In this document: in pieces, positions 8,048 to 17,783 of the stretch
Layout: each line of letters opens with the position of its first letter
Position numbering within the stretch: the stretch's first letter is position 1
Virus record (IMG/VR): IMGVR_UViG_3300025150_000003
Coordinates: 1-64,000 of that record
Length of the DNA: 64,000 nucleotides
Strand: one strand, 5' to 3'
Source: a virus
The notes under the pieces: generated by a model
The model's input: only the letters and a program-made list of their open reading frames with translations
The model's database searches: none
Told to the model about the DNA's origin: nothing
Translations under genes and position numbers: made by a program

Positions 8048-8833
8048 ATGAAGACCCCGATGATTGCACTGGTGCTCATCCACCTCATGGCGTGCTCGGA
8101 GGCACCCCACGAGGCCCTGGACTGGAACAAATTTTCCGACCCGGATGACAGCGCCACACTCACCGAGATCCCAGATCCCCCAGAAGTGCCTGACATCTCG
8201 TCCTTCCTCACCGGGAAGGACGAAGTCCAAGAGCCCTTCTACTCCCCCTATGATGCGTGCTGGATTGCTCGCCCCCCGGAGTCTTCTCTGGAGACAGCCA
8301 TTCTCGACCGTGCAATGCAGTGTAACCGCAGCCGGGAGGAACCCGATCGGGGATTGCTGCGGGACATGCTCCGCTATGAAGAGGATTTCCAGGTGCCCCC
8401 GGAGATGCGGGGGATGGTGCTGGCAGCCGCGTGTCACGAGTCTGGCTTCTGCCCTGGGAGTGAAGGCGACCACTCCTTCTCCGCAGACGGCAGGCCAAAG
8501 GCTATCGGCATCCTCCAAATGTGGCCTTGGTGGACAACCTCCCCTTGGGGACCCAAGATCGATCGCCGCAACCCCCGACAAGCGGCCCGAGCCTGGATTG
8601 CACACGTCGCCAAACAGGTGCCTAAGGTCCGTCGTGACTGCAACCTGAACCGCCCCGGTCAGGAACAGCAACTCTGGAAGGTGGCCTGGGTGACGGCCAT
8701 CCGCAAGCCATCCGTGACCCCCAGGTGCTACCAAACCTCCAAGCACTGGGACAGGTTCATCCGTTGGCGAGCATCCTGGGAGGATGATCTTCAGCGAGAG
8801 CAGACCATCTGCACAGCCCAGAATGACAGATGA
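8048..8833 (+). CDS. Putative lipoprotein with lytic transglycosylase-like domain
   Basis: Lipobox-like LMAC; AAACHESGF and GILQM motifs. Confidence 0.6.
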   Translation: MKTPMIALVLIHLMACSEAPHEALDWNKFSDPDDSATLTEIPDPPEVPDISSFLTGKDEVQEPFYSPYDACWIARPPESSLETAILDRAMQCNRSREEPDRGLLRDMLRYEEDFQVPPEMRGMVLAAACHESGFCPGSEGDHSFSADGRPKAIGILQMWPWWTTSPWGPKIDRRNPRQAARAWIAHVAKQVPKVRRDCNLNRPGQEQQLWKVAWVTAIRKPSVTPRCYQTSKHWDRFIRWRASWEDDLQREQTICTAQNDR

Positions 8834-9183
8834 CCCGCTACCTCATCATCGGGATCTTTCTGGGTTGCTTTGCAGCACTGGCCACTTGGATCGGGATCAC
8901 CCTCAGTTCCCCGATCCAAGTGGTTTCCCCACCACTCCCTGACGCCCACCGGCCTCTCCCTGTAGACGATGCCTATCGGGTTCCCCCGATCATCCTGCCC
9001 TTGGATGCGGTAGAGTCCACAGGTGACCACACCGATGGAGGTGAGAGTGATGGGCCAGTCTGCGCTGTATTCGAAGAAGGAAGCCGAGAAGGCCAACCTG
9101 ACGCTAGAGAGTCTGAGGCTCCCCTCATGGGAGCTGGGGGACGTGAAGGTGCTCCAGCTCAAGGTGGGGGCCAAGCCCGTTGA
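8830..9183 (+). CDS. Hypothetical membrane protein
   Basis: N-terminal TM and ATGA coupling; 3' end overlaps the amidase. Confidence 0.4.
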   Translation: MTRYLIIGIFLGCFAALATWIGITLSSPIQVVSPPLPDAHRPLPVDDAYRVPPIILPLDAVESTGDHTDGGESDGPVCAVFEEGSREGQPDARESEAPLMGAGGREGAPAQGGGQAR

Positions 9184-10012
9184 TGGCTGGTTCGGCCCGA
9201 AGAGCATCGCTGCCTGGAAGGCGTGGGCGAAGGTGCATCAGCCCTGCCCCGTCATCGGCCCAGGAGCAGAACCAGGGCAGTTCATCATCGCCCGCAGTGG
9301 GTACACGCCCCCTGCGGGTGTGAGGGTCGTCAACCACCTCGAACCCGGTGGGGTCCCTGCCCAGAGCAACGATGTGAGTGCTCGCACACGCCCCGTGACG
9401 CAGTTTGTGTTCCACCTCGGGGCTGAGACACACCGCAAGGGTGACAACTACGCCCAGGCGACCGAGAAGATTCTTGATGCTCGGGGCCTCTCCACCATCA
9501 TGACGATGGACATCGACGGGACCATCTACCAGCACTTCGACCCAGCCCACCTTCGCGGCAGGCACGCCACGAACCACAACGTGCAGTCGGACTCGATGGA
9601 CATCGGGGGTCCATTCTCCCTCAAGAGAAACGGGGAGCCTGGTCAGAAACCCATGATGTTCAATGCCGCCATCGGACGTGAAGGGGATGGCAAGCCCCCA
9701 CTGACTCGGGGCTATGCCCGTGTGAAGTGCTGGGATCTCACCCCGGCCCAGAAGACTGCACTCGCCCTGTTCGTCCCCTGGTACTGCACCCTGCGAGGCA
9801 TCCCGCTCCGGGCGTGTGACGACTGGCGGACCTTCCGCCTCAGCGGACACCTGAACACCAAGGATCCGGTGACCAACGTGACCGGACTGGTTGCCCACGC
9901 CCAGGTGTCTGATCCGGGACAGCGGGTGGATGGCTTCCGAGCCCTGGCGGCACTGCGTGAGCACGCTGACGTCACCATCGAATGGCGGAGCGGGGTCGAT
10001 TTCCTCAAGTAA
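9050..10012 (+). CDS. N-acetylmuramoyl-L-alanine amidase-like endolysin with peptidoglycan-binding segment
   Basis: VDGWFGPKS; FVFH, IDGTIYQH, HAT.HN, VAHAQV motifs. Confidence 0.75.
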   Translation: MGQSALYSKKEAEKANLTLESLRLPSWELGDVKVLQLKVGAKPVDGWFGPKSIAAWKAWAKVHQPCPVIGPGAEPGQFIIARSGYTPPAGVRVVNHLEPGGVPAQSNDVSARTRPVTQFVFHLGAETHRKGDNYAQATEKILDARGLSTIMTMDIDGTIYQHFDPAHLRGRHATNHNVQSDSMDIGGPFSLKRNGEPGQKPMMFNAAIGREGDGKPPLTRGYARVKCWDLTPAQKTALALFVPWYCTLRGIPLRACDDWRTFRLSGHLNTKDPVTNVTGLVAHAQVSDPGQRVDGFRALAALREHADVTIEWRSGVDFLK

Positions 10013-10042
10013 GGCTCAAGCCGGCCTCCTGCTCCGTAGTAG
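10012..10042 (+). promoter_or_regulatory. Class I promoter-like motif
   Basis: AGGCTCAA-N15-CGTAGTAG. Confidence 0.8.
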
Positions 10043-10066
10043 GGGCAGGAGGCCGGGACACTGATC

Positions 10067-10270
10067 ATGAACCTACGAACCATGGCAGAGAGATTACTGA
10101 CGGTCCCCAACCTGCCGTTGATAGAGGCACAGGTCCTCCAATTTGTGTTGACCACGAATGGGGACAATGACCTGGAAGGGATGCTCTACCCAGCCGTCGA
10201 GGGTCACATCCGAGGCCGGTATGAATGGTTCTTCACCCCCGCAGGTGACCTGCGACGGATGACTAGATGA
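10067..10270 (+). CDS. Hypothetical protein
   Basis: Follows class I motif. Confidence 0.65.
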   Translation: MNLRTMAERLLTVPNLPLIEAQVLQFVLTTNGDNDLEGMLYPAVEGHIRGRYEWFFTPAGDLRRMTR

Positions 10271-10770
10271 CCCACCTCCAAGATAGGCGACTTGCTCTCT
10301 CGCAGATTCACCGGGTCGCCATCGCCAAGAACCTGACACTGGCCACGGCTGAAAGCCTTACCGCCGGGAGGATCTCGGCCGCGATCGCAGACACCTCCGG
10401 GTGCTCGCAGTACCACCAGGGCGGCATCGTGGCCTACAACCTCGAAGCCAAGGTTCACATGCTCAACGTGGACCGAGAGATGGCGGAGAGCTGCAACTGT
10501 GTCTCATCGGCCGTGGCGATGCAGATGGCTATGGGTGCTCGCCACGCCTTCGGCCACGCGGACTTGGTCATCGCGGTCACCGGCTACGCTGAGGCCTGGG
10601 GGGACATTGAGCAACCGTTCGCCCACTACGCCATCCTTTGTGGGGAGTCCTGCTCACAGGGCACCATCCACCTGGATGGGCTGGACAGGAATGAGGCCCG
10701 AGACCAGGTGGTGACCCGCACGTTGTGCGAACTGGCCGCGATGGCGGAGGCGGTCTATGCACGAAGTTGA
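10267..10770 (+). CDS. CinA/PncC family NMN amidohydrolase
   Basis: LATAESLTAG, GGIVAY...K, VS..VA.QMA.GA, AVTGYA. Confidence 0.9.
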   Translation: MTHLQDRRLALSQIHRVAIAKNLTLATAESLTAGRISAAIADTSGCSQYHQGGIVAYNLEAKVHMLNVDREMAESCNCVSSAVAMQMAMGARHAFGHADLVIAVTGYAEAWGDIEQPFAHYAILCGESCSQGTIHLDGLDRNEARDQVVTRTLCELAAMAEAVYARS

Positions 10771-10990
10771 TGCCCGCTCTGGGAACATCGTGCAAGTCAC
10801 GGTGCTCGAAGAGCACCCGGACCTGATGTGTGGTCCTGAATATGTGGCCAGCCGTAAGTTAGGGGTTCTTGGCCAGATCGTTCGAGTCAACACGGTTGAG
10901 GGGCGGGTCACCATTTGGGTAAGGCACGGCCAGACGATGGCCCCCTACTACAACTACGAGTTGAAACTCATCGGGCAGAAGATTCGGTGA
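10757..10990 (+). CDS. Hypothetical protein
   Basis: 77-aa ORF, GGAGG RBS. Confidence 0.6.
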   Translation: MHEVDARSGNIVQVTVLEEHPDLMCGPEYVASRKLGVLGQIVRVNTVEGRVTIWVRHGQTMAPYYNYELKLIGQKIR

Positions 10991-11083
10991 GTTGCAGCCG
11001 AGACGCGCCTGACTCACCGCCACTCGGTGCAGTCCCAGAGCGTCTCTTCCTGCTGTCTCTTCTTGGGTTCCCTCGTTCTGCAC

Positions 11084-11114
11084 CTACTACGGAGCATTTC
11101 CTGATGTTGAGCCC
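11084..11114 (-). promoter_or_regulatory. Class I motif, orphan
   Basis: Perfect consensus; no credible downstream gene. Confidence 0.75.
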
Positions 11115-11214
11115 TTAAACTAGGGAAATTGCAGGAGTTTAGAAGTCTGGGCTTTGGTCTGTACACCATCAGAGAAAGGTCTAAACTCAGCGGCAAAAGG
11201 TCTGGTTATGGCTT

Positions 11215-11778
11215 TTGAGGGTGCTACCTGTAATGCCCCCAGTGCTCGAACATCACCAGTTTGTTGCTAAGGTCTTGAGTTGTGATGCCTGTAGGCTGCG
11301 ACTGAGCCGCACTCACCCAGCGATCTGTAGAGGCCCCCAAAGTGCTCCTCTCATGATTCTTGGCGAAGCTCCGGGTGTCGAGGATGACCAACGCGGTCTC
11401 CCTTTCGTCGGTCCGTCCGGGCTTCTGTTGAGCCATGCCCTACTCCACGCGGAGATACCCGAGGATCAGGTCTACATCTGCAACCTCGTGAAATGTAAGC
11501 CCCCACGGCACCAGATGCCCACCAAGGAGGAGATCCGCTCCTGCCACCCATGGCTCCTACATCAGATCATCACAGTTCAGCCAAGAGCTATCGTGACTGT
11601 GGGCAGGACCGCTACCGCCACCCTAACCGGTCAACGAAAGGTTTGGGCTGAGGATGAAGTTCTCGTCTGCTCGTTTGATGAACGAACGCCCGTGTACCCG
11701 ATTTGGGGGGCTGAACGGCCGAACCATCGGGTAGATGTAGAGCAACTGAGACGTGCCTGGCGGGAGGCCACAACATGA
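11215..11778 (+). CDS. Uracil-DNA glycosylase family 4
   Basis: CxxCxL, GEAPG, PFVGPSG, NLVKCKPP. Confidence 0.9.
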   Translation: MRVLPVMPPVLEHHQFVAKVLSCDACRLRLSRTHPAICRGPQSAPLMILGEAPGVEDDQRGLPFVGPSGLLLSHALLHAEIPEDQVYICNLVKCKPPRHQMPTKEEIRSCHPWLLHQIITVQPRAIVTVGRTATATLTGQRKVWAEDEVLVCSFDERTPVYPIWGAERPNHRVDVEQLRRAWREATT

Positions 11779-12155
11779 TCAAGCAAGTTATCGTGATGAG
11801 AACGGACCTTGGGATGCGCAAGGGCAAGATGATTGCTCAGGGTGCTCACGCTGCCATGAAGGTGCTGCTTGACCGTGGGTCAGTAGGCGACAGTGGACTC
11901 CTGTTCGTGGCGTTGACCGATGAGATGGAGGAGTGGCTCACAGGCTTGTTCACCAAGATCTGTCTACAGGTCGGTTCCGAGAGTGAGTTGCTGGCACTCT
12001 TGCGAAAAGCGCAAGAGTGCCATCTACCTTGCGCCCTAGTCGAAGATGCCGGTCTGACTGAGTTTCACGGGGTGAGGACGGCTACTTGCATTGCAATAGG
12101 ACCGGCAGAGGCGGAGGCTATCGACGCAATCACGGGCCACTTGAGGCTGCTCTAG
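11775..12155 (+). CDS. pth2: Peptidyl-tRNA hydrolase Pth2
   Basis: KQVIVMRTDLGMRKGKMIAQGAHA, DAGLTEF, IGP...ID.ITGHL.LL. Confidence 0.95.
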   Translation: MIKQVIVMRTDLGMRKGKMIAQGAHAAMKVLLDRGSVGDSGLLFVALTDEMEEWLTGLFTKICLQVGSESELLALLRKAQECHLPCALVEDAGLTEFHGVRTATCIAIGPAEAEAIDAITGHLRLL

Positions 12156-12170
12156 CAGCCCTGCCAAAAG

Positions 12171-12211
12171 GAAGGCCCCCTACCTGCCGTCACAACAGGG
12201 AGGGGGCCTTC
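12171..12211. terminator. Hairpin terminator between convergent genes
   Basis: GAAGGCCCCCT...AGGGGGCCTTC preceded by AAAA. Confidence 0.7.
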
Positions 12212-12251
12212 AACATCATCAGGTTCCCGCACGGCTCCTGATGAGTGCAGT

Positions 12252-13142
12252 CTACGGCTGCGGCTTGCTGAGGTCGATGGTCAGGCCGTTCGCGCTGACC
12301 AGAATCTCGTACTCGGTCCCGACCGCCGCAATGTTGGGGACGTTCAGGTGCAGGCGCAGTCGGTCGGTCGTCGGCTTGACCTCCTCCGAACCGAGGGTCT
12401 CCGTCTGGGCCACCGTCAGGATGTCGCCGATCTGGGTGACGTAGAGGGGCTCCCCGCCCACGATGGGGACACCCGTCTCGAAGGCCAGGGCCTCGAAAGC
12501 GAGGCGGGGGATGGTCAGGCGACCACCGCGACCATCGTTGTGGACCACGGCGATGGGGTTGCCGGGGACCATCTTGCCGTTGGCCACCGCGACCGTGCCA
12601 CTCGGAGTCACGGGCGGGATGGGCGAGGCACCGGCCGAACCGGCCGCCTGGTTGGGCGTCGCGTTCAGGAGGGCCGTGGCGGCGCTCGTCTGCCCGCCCT
12701 GGCCGTCCGAGACCATCGGGGCCTCGGCGATGTTGATCTCGAACTCGAAGGCGTCGATCTCGTCCTCGCTCGGGCCGTAGACGTAGACCTCGGTGCCCAC
12801 CGGGGTGCGGGTGTCGGTCCGCTCGGTCCGCCGGACCTTGCGCATCGGACGAGTGCCACCACCGAGGTCATCGGCGTAGCTCGGCATGTCGCCGGAGGCG
12901 AAGTAGTCCTGCACGGCCTGACCGGTCGGACGCTGGTTGACCATCAGGCTCTTGCCTCGCGCCTCACGGAGGGCGTTCACGACGTGGCCGCTGGTGAAGC
13001 ACACGCCCTGCTCGATCCAGAACTCGGTCAGGAACCGGGCACCCTCGGCGGCGTCCTGGGCCGCGTCAGCCGCGCCCTGGACGCTCTGGAAGGGGGAGGT
13101 GGCGATGTTGTTGCCGTTGTCGGGCGAAGTCTCGATGCTCAT
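12252..13142 (-). CDS. Hypothetical protein
   Basis: Strong GC3 bias; class I motif upstream. Confidence 0.8.
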   Translation of the reverse strand: MSIETSPDNGNNIATSPFQSVQGAADAAQDAAEGARFLTEFWIEQGVCFTSGHVVNALREARGKSLMVNQRPTGQAVQDYFASGDMPSYADDLGGGTRPMRKVRRTERTDTRTPVGTEVYVYGPSEDEIDAFEFEINIAEAPMVSDGQGGQTSAATALLNATPNQAAGSAGASPIPPVTPSGTVAVANGKMVPGNPIAVVHNDGRGGRLTIPRLAFEALAFETGVPIVGGEPLYVTQIGDILTVAQTETLGSEEVKPTTDRLRLHLNVPNIAAVGTEYEILVSANGLTIDLSKPQP

Positions 13143-13184
13143 GATGTCTCTGGTCCTTGCCACGGAGGCATTGGTGTTGTGCTT

Positions 13185-13215
13185 CTACTACGCTCGGGGG
13201 CTTGAAGTTGAGCCC
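13185..13215 (-). promoter_or_regulatory. Class I promoter-like motif
   Basis: Perfect consensus. Confidence 0.8.
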
Positions 13216-13222
13216 CCTCAGT

Positions 13223-14266
13223 TCACTTTGCGTTGGCGAGGAAGAACGTTCGGGCATGGTTGCCCACGGCGGTGGAGACCTGGTCCCACACGAGCCCGTA
13301 GTCCTCCAGTTTCAGGGAGCACTCACGGGCCACGTCGGCGGAGATCCACTGGATGAACTTGCCCGTGTTCCGCTTCTCGGCCTTGAGCCCCTGCTGCTCC
13401 AGAGCGTCAAGCCCCTGGAACAGGCGGTTCTCCGAAACCACGTCAAGGACGAAGTCCTTGATAGCTACCTGCACGTCCTCGGCCACAATGGGCCGCTCCC
13501 GAGTGACCTTGGACTCCAGCACGACGCTGTGGGCCTCGGTCTTGTGCTTCCAGTAGAGATCCTCACGTCCAAGGAACTCACCCTGAGGGATCCAGACGAT
13601 GCCCTCCCCAGCCCCATCCAGACCGTACAGGTCACCGTAGGGGCACTGAGCCTCGATGCTGGCGGTGACCCGTGCAGCTTCCACCTGAGCAGCCTCCACA
13701 GAGGCCGGGTCGTTGAAATCCACCGTGATGGTCCAGTTGCCAGCCTTGCGGACGTTGCCGATGCGGGGGTGGATCTTTTGCAGGTTGTCCAGCACCTGGT
13801 TGGACACGTTGACTCGCACCCGTTCGTTGTCACTGGTGACCGCCCACACAGAGAACAGAGCCCAGTGCTTCGGGTCGAACTTGGCGACCGCCACCCCCTT
13901 GGTCCTGCTCACGACGCCTGCACCTACCCACTCACCGTAGAGGGCGAGCTGAACCACCGTGCCAGGGATCCTGGGCAGGATCTGGTCATGGATCAGGGTA
14001 CGAAGGTACTCGTCGTGCTCCTTGACGAACTTGGCGAACCCCTTGTAGTCGGCTTCGGGCGTCAGGTCGCCCTCACGGGACGGAGCCCGGAGGCTGTCGC
14101 CGGGAGTCCAGATGACACCGCAGGTCGACCCGTGCAGCTTGATGCTGCCACGGAACGTGATGGGCCTGGTGATCCGGGACTCCACCGGGACCTCGGGGTC
14201 CGTGTTGACGTGCTCAACGTACTTGAGCACGTTGTGGAACAGGGAAATGTGCGGAAACATGATCAT
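13223..14266 (-). CDS. RNA ligase, Rnl2-like phage family
   Basis: Motif I KLHGS, LYGEWVG, GEGIVW, WKHK. Confidence 0.8.
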   Translation of the reverse strand: MIMFPHISLFHNVLKYVEHVNTDPEVPVESRITRPITFRGSIKLHGSTCGVIWTPGDSLRAPSREGDLTPEADYKGFAKFVKEHDEYLRTLIHDQILPRIPGTVVQLALYGEWVGAGVVSRTKGVAVAKFDPKHWALFSVWAVTSDNERVRVNVSNQVLDNLQKIHPRIGNVRKAGNWTITVDFNDPASVEAAQVEAARVTASIEAQCPYGDLYGLDGAGEGIVWIPQGEFLGREDLYWKHKTEAHSVVLESKVTRERPIVAEDVQVAIKDFVLDVVSENRLFQGLDALEQQGLKAEKRNTGKFIQWISADVARECSLKLEDYGLVWDQVSTAVGNHARTFFLANAK

Positions 14267-14294
14267 CAAAAGGCTCCTGGTGTTGCTTGCATCC

Positions 14295-14325
14295 CTACTA
14301 CGGAGGGGGCGACGGAGTTGAGCCC
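14295..14325 (-). promoter_or_regulatory. Class I promoter-like motif (RNA ligase)
   Basis: Perfect consensus. Confidence 0.8.
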
Positions 14326-14460
14326 CCAGTGAGCATTTTCAGGAGGGGGTGAAACCCCTCCTGGTGCTTCACCCCGTGTTCGAGCGCTTTGGCCAACTGC
14401 TGGAACTTGGGGTAGCCTTGGGTGGTTGAGAACCCCTCGTCTTTCTCACAGTCGCGGATG

Positions 14461-14552
14461 AATCCTGTAGGCGAGTGGTCGAAGCCAAAGGACTCTAAAT
14501 CCTTCGGGGCATTGCGCCCCCACCGCAGGTTCAAACCCTGCCAGGAGCACAA
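14461..14552 (+). tRNA. tRNA with CUA anticodon (amber suppressor type), long variable arm
   Basis: AAGGA-CT CTA AA-TCCTT; GCAGG-TTCAAAC-CCTGC; acceptor only 5/7 paired; CAA instead of CCA. Confidence 0.75.
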
Positions 14553-14554
14553 CC

Positions 14555-15127
14555 TCAGTAGACGAGCTTGCGGAGCTTGTGGGCGACTCGACCCAACTCA
14601 GCACGATGCTCATCTGTGACTTCCACCGTTGCGTCCCAGTCGGCACAGATCCACAGGAACTGCGCTGACTTCGGGCCACGGAAAAAGCTACCTACCAGGC
14701 TCGGGCGAGTGATGATGCTGACTGACCACCCATGCACGATGCCCTGAGCCCCGTACTCGTCGCGGAGTTGCCCTGGACCCATATTCTCCCGACGGATTTC
14801 CAGTTCTCCCTTGGAAAGCACTGCTAGAAGAACGGCTCGGGTATCCCTTTGGAGGGGGACATCACGCCAGGAGGTGCATAGTGAAAAGAATCCCGGTTCC
14901 ACGGACTCCCACTTGGCCGTGGTGACCAACTGCTCGCCAACCCGTGGTGACTCATGTGCATCAAGCACCGTGGCTCGCACAGCACCCGTTGCTTTGACGA
15001 ACTGGTCGAGCGTTCGCTGGATCTCCGCTTGCATCTTGAGCGAACGAACTACAAAGCCAGCGGACCACCAACGATGGAGCACCCACAGCAGAAAAAATCC
15101 CAGGATCAGCACGGTGTTCACGTTCAT
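14555..15127 (-). CDS. Membrane protein with GAF-like domain
   Basis: N-terminal TM then alpha/beta domain; coupled to the kinase gene. Confidence 0.6.
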   Translation of the reverse strand: MNVNTVLILGFFLLWVLHRWWSAGFVVRSLKMQAEIQRTLDQFVKATGAVRATVLDAHESPRVGEQLVTTAKWESVEPGFFSLCTSWRDVPLQRDTRAVLLAVLSKGELEIRRENMGPGQLRDEYGAQGIVHGWSVSIITRPSLVGSFFRGPKSAQFLWICADWDATVEVTDEHRAELGRVAHKLRKLVY

Positions 15128-16908
15128 GGTGCTCCTGCCAAGTCAAAGTGAAAAGTTGTACCGGAACCTTCCTCGGACTGTACTGTGATTTCCCCACCCA
15201 ACTTATTCACGATGGCGGCCACCAACGCTAGGCCCACACCGGTGCCAGGGTACTTCGGGTGCATCCGTTCGAACATCTGAAAGAGCTTACCCTGATACTG
15301 AGTGGGGATCCCCACCCCGTTGTCCGAGACGGAAATCAACCACCGATCATGGAGGAGTTTCTTACCACGGATCAACACCCGTTTTTGCATGGACTCGTTG
15401 AACTTCATGCCATTGTCGATGAGGTTCGAGAACACCTCTCGGAGCATCACGAAATCCCCGAGCACGGTAGGGAGATCTCCCAGTTCTATGATCTCTCTTC
15501 GGGAGGGGCAGTCTACATGAAGATGGCGATGAGGACACCTTGTGCCGATTGGGCATTCCGTACAACGCCGTTTTGCCCGCACCTCCTTGATGCCTTGGAC
15601 CACCTTGTTCAAGTCCACAGGTTCCAGCTCCATTTCGGCTGAAGTTCGAACCGTAGAGAACTTGTACAGCCCGTCTACGATTTCAGCCATCTGGTCAGCA
15701 TCCCCATGGATGTCGTCAAGAAACTGTAGTCCCTCATCGTCCATGAGGTGGCCATAGTCCTCCTTGAGCGCTTGGGCGATGCCGGCAATGGTCCGAGGTG
15801 GGCTGCGGAGTTGATGAGCAGCAACGCTTGCAAAGCGCTCCAGGTCAGCATTACGGGCCTCCAGGCTCACGATCAACTTGTCCAGTTCCAGCTCGTGGCG
15901 CTTCGCTTCCCCGATGTCACGACCCGTAATGTACAGGTAGCCATCGAATTCCAGGCTTGTCCATCCGTAGGACCTACTTGGCTTGTGCTTGCAATGAATG
16001 TCGCAGGCCACGGTCTGATTTGGATTTGCAATTTCCTCCCAGCACTGGACAGCCCTCTTGCCAGCATCACAGTCAATGATGTCCACGATCCGCATGTTGT
16101 AAATTTCAGTGGGTGACCAACCCAGCTCCCGAGCCCAGGCATCATTGACCCAGGTGAATTTCCGCTCTTCTATGGGGACCTGGAGGTTGCACACAGCCAT
16201 CAAGTCATTCGTGATATGAGCCCAGGTGGCCATCTGGCCCTCTTCCTCGAACCGATTGGTCAAATCCCGGCCATAGGCATAGGTCTTTTGAGTCACCGGG
16301 TCACAGAGAGCAGTCCATTCTAGCCAGACCCACTGAGGCTCTCCGTTGGCCAAAAGGTCCTTATGCCGCCAGCGGTTGTAGTAGGACACCATGTCATTAC
16401 TGACCAACCGGTCCGAACCACCAAGCTCAGAGGTCAAATCATCAGGGTGGACGAACTCCGTCCACAGGTGACCTACCATCTCATCAGGTGCATAACCCAG
16501 GCTACGTTTGAAGCCTGGGCCAACCTCCTGGAGGGGAACTAGCCTTTGTTCGTCTGTAATGATCGGGAGGATCTGGCGGTAGTCACCGGATAAGCGCAGC
16601 CATAGGTCCAACTCGTGCGATTTCAAAGCAAAAGCTCGGGTGGAGGAAAACATCTTCAGGAACAGGACCACCACACTCAAAATGCTCAACCCGCTGAGGG
16701 CCAAGGCCCAGGGCCAGTCGAGAAAAGAAAAAAGGACGGTGCCGGTGATAGTCATGTGGATCGTGGTCCACACAGTGAACCACAGGACCCGACGAGACCC
16801 TTTCAGTGCCTGGGAAGCATCGCTGTCTGCAACCAGAACAGGCCCATGGCTTCGATGGTCGTCTGAAAGTCGTTTGGGTCCACAGGCTTGGTTAGGTAGG
16901 CGTTGCAT
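15124..16908 (-). CDS. Membrane PAS-PAS histidine kinase
   Basis: Two TM helices, FVHPDD PAS, H-box AHQLRSP, NLIDNGMKF, DNGVGI, GTGVGL; true start probably downstream of 16803. Confidence 0.93.
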   Translation of the reverse strand: MQRLPNQACGPKRLSDDHRSHGPVLVADSDASQALKGSRRVLWFTVWTTIHMTITGTVLFSFLDWPWALALSGLSILSVVVLFLKMFSSTRAFALKSHELDLWLRLSGDYRQILPIITDEQRLVPLQEVGPGFKRSLGYAPDEMVGHLWTEFVHPDDLTSELGGSDRLVSNDMVSYYNRWRHKDLLANGEPQWVWLEWTALCDPVTQKTYAYGRDLTNRFEEEGQMATWAHITNDLMAVCNLQVPIEERKFTWVNDAWARELGWSPTEIYNMRIVDIIDCDAGKRAVQCWEEIANPNQTVACDIHCKHKPSRSYGWTSLEFDGYLYITGRDIGEAKRHELELDKLIVSLEARNADLERFASVAAHQLRSPPRTIAGIAQALKEDYGHLMDDEGLQFLDDIHGDADQMAEIVDGLYKFSTVRTSAEMELEPVDLNKVVQGIKEVRAKRRCTECPIGTRCPHRHLHVDCPSRREIIELGDLPTVLGDFVMLREVFSNLIDNGMKFNESMQKRVLIRGKKLLHDRWLISVSDNGVGIPTQYQGKLFQMFERMHPKYPGTGVGLALVAAIVNKLGGEITVQSEEGSGTTFHFDLAGAP

Positions 16909-17225
16909 CCTCGATCGTATGCCTTCAAGACATCATTCTCACTGGCAGAGGTGGTAAGCACCACTACAGGGAGACGACGCAGGTTAGGGTCTGCTCGCAT
17001 GGCTTGGAGAACTTCCTCACCATTCACGAGGGGCATCATCCAATCTAGCAGAATCAGGTCCGGCATGGACTTGTTTCCATCCATAAGGTGGTCTAGCGCC
17101 TCCCGGCCATTGTCCACGACATCCACGTCAAGGTCATAGCCCGCTTTCTTCAATGCCCTCTTGGTGAGCCGAACGTCAGAGGGGCGATCCTCTACCAGTA
17201 GAACTCGGGTCCGTCGGTCGGGCAT
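16803..17225 (-). CDS. Single-domain response regulator (Rcp1-like)
   Basis: LLVED, DLILLDW.MP, VVVLTTS, NAYLTKPVD. Confidence 0.95.
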   Translation of the reverse strand: MPDRRTRVLLVEDRPSDVRLTKRALKKAGYDLDVDVVDNGREALDHLMDGNKSMPDLILLDWMMPLVNGEEVLQAMRADPNLRRLPVVVLTTSASENDVLKAYDRGCNAYLTKPVDPNDFQTTIEAMGLFWLQTAMLPRH

Positions 17226-17227
17226 GG

Positions 17228-17779
17228 TTATTTCCCAGCCAGGCCGATGATGTCCGCCAAGCTCACCCCGGTCATCTTCATGATGATGACAAGAATCACG
17301 AGCACCACACCAGCGACGATGTACTTGCCACCGACCTTCCATACCTCGTTGACAGCCGTCTTCACGATCTGCCTGTTGTCCTTACGAGCTTCCCTCCGCT
17401 CCCCCAGCTCCTCTCGGATCATCTCGCGAAGCATGGACGCTTGGTCCTTCTGGACCTCGCGTTCACCCTCGCGACCGTCACTGACGGCTACCCGACGGTC
17501 TTGCCGTTCTTCCCCAAGAAGGTCGTAGATGCGCTTCAGCTCAGCCTGCCGTGCGGACTCAGACTTCTCTGAAGCCAGCCTCATCTCACTGATGGAACGG
17601 TCGAGGTTCTCGACCTTAGCAGCCATGCTGTTGGCGTGCTCGCGTGCCAACTTGCGGCCGTCGATGGACTCCCGGTCGTGTGCCGTCACCACTGCATTAA
17701 GTGCGGTCATCGCCTCCATGTTCGACACCAGGGTGTCTAGCAGACGTGCCTCGACGACGTGATCTGGCTCACTTGCCAT
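17228..17779 (-). CDS. Coiled-coil protein with C-terminal TM
   Basis: Helical charged region then IVAGVVLVILVII. Confidence 0.75.
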   Translation of the reverse strand: MASEPDHVVEARLLDTLVSNMEAMTALNAVVTAHDRESIDGRKLAREHANSMAAKVENLDRSISEMRLASEKSESARQAELKRIYDLLGEERQDRRVAVSDGREGEREVQKDQASMLREMIREELGERREARKDNRQIVKTAVNEVWKVGGKYIVAGVVLVILVIIMKMTGVSLADIIGLAGK

Positions 17780-17783
17780 GACT

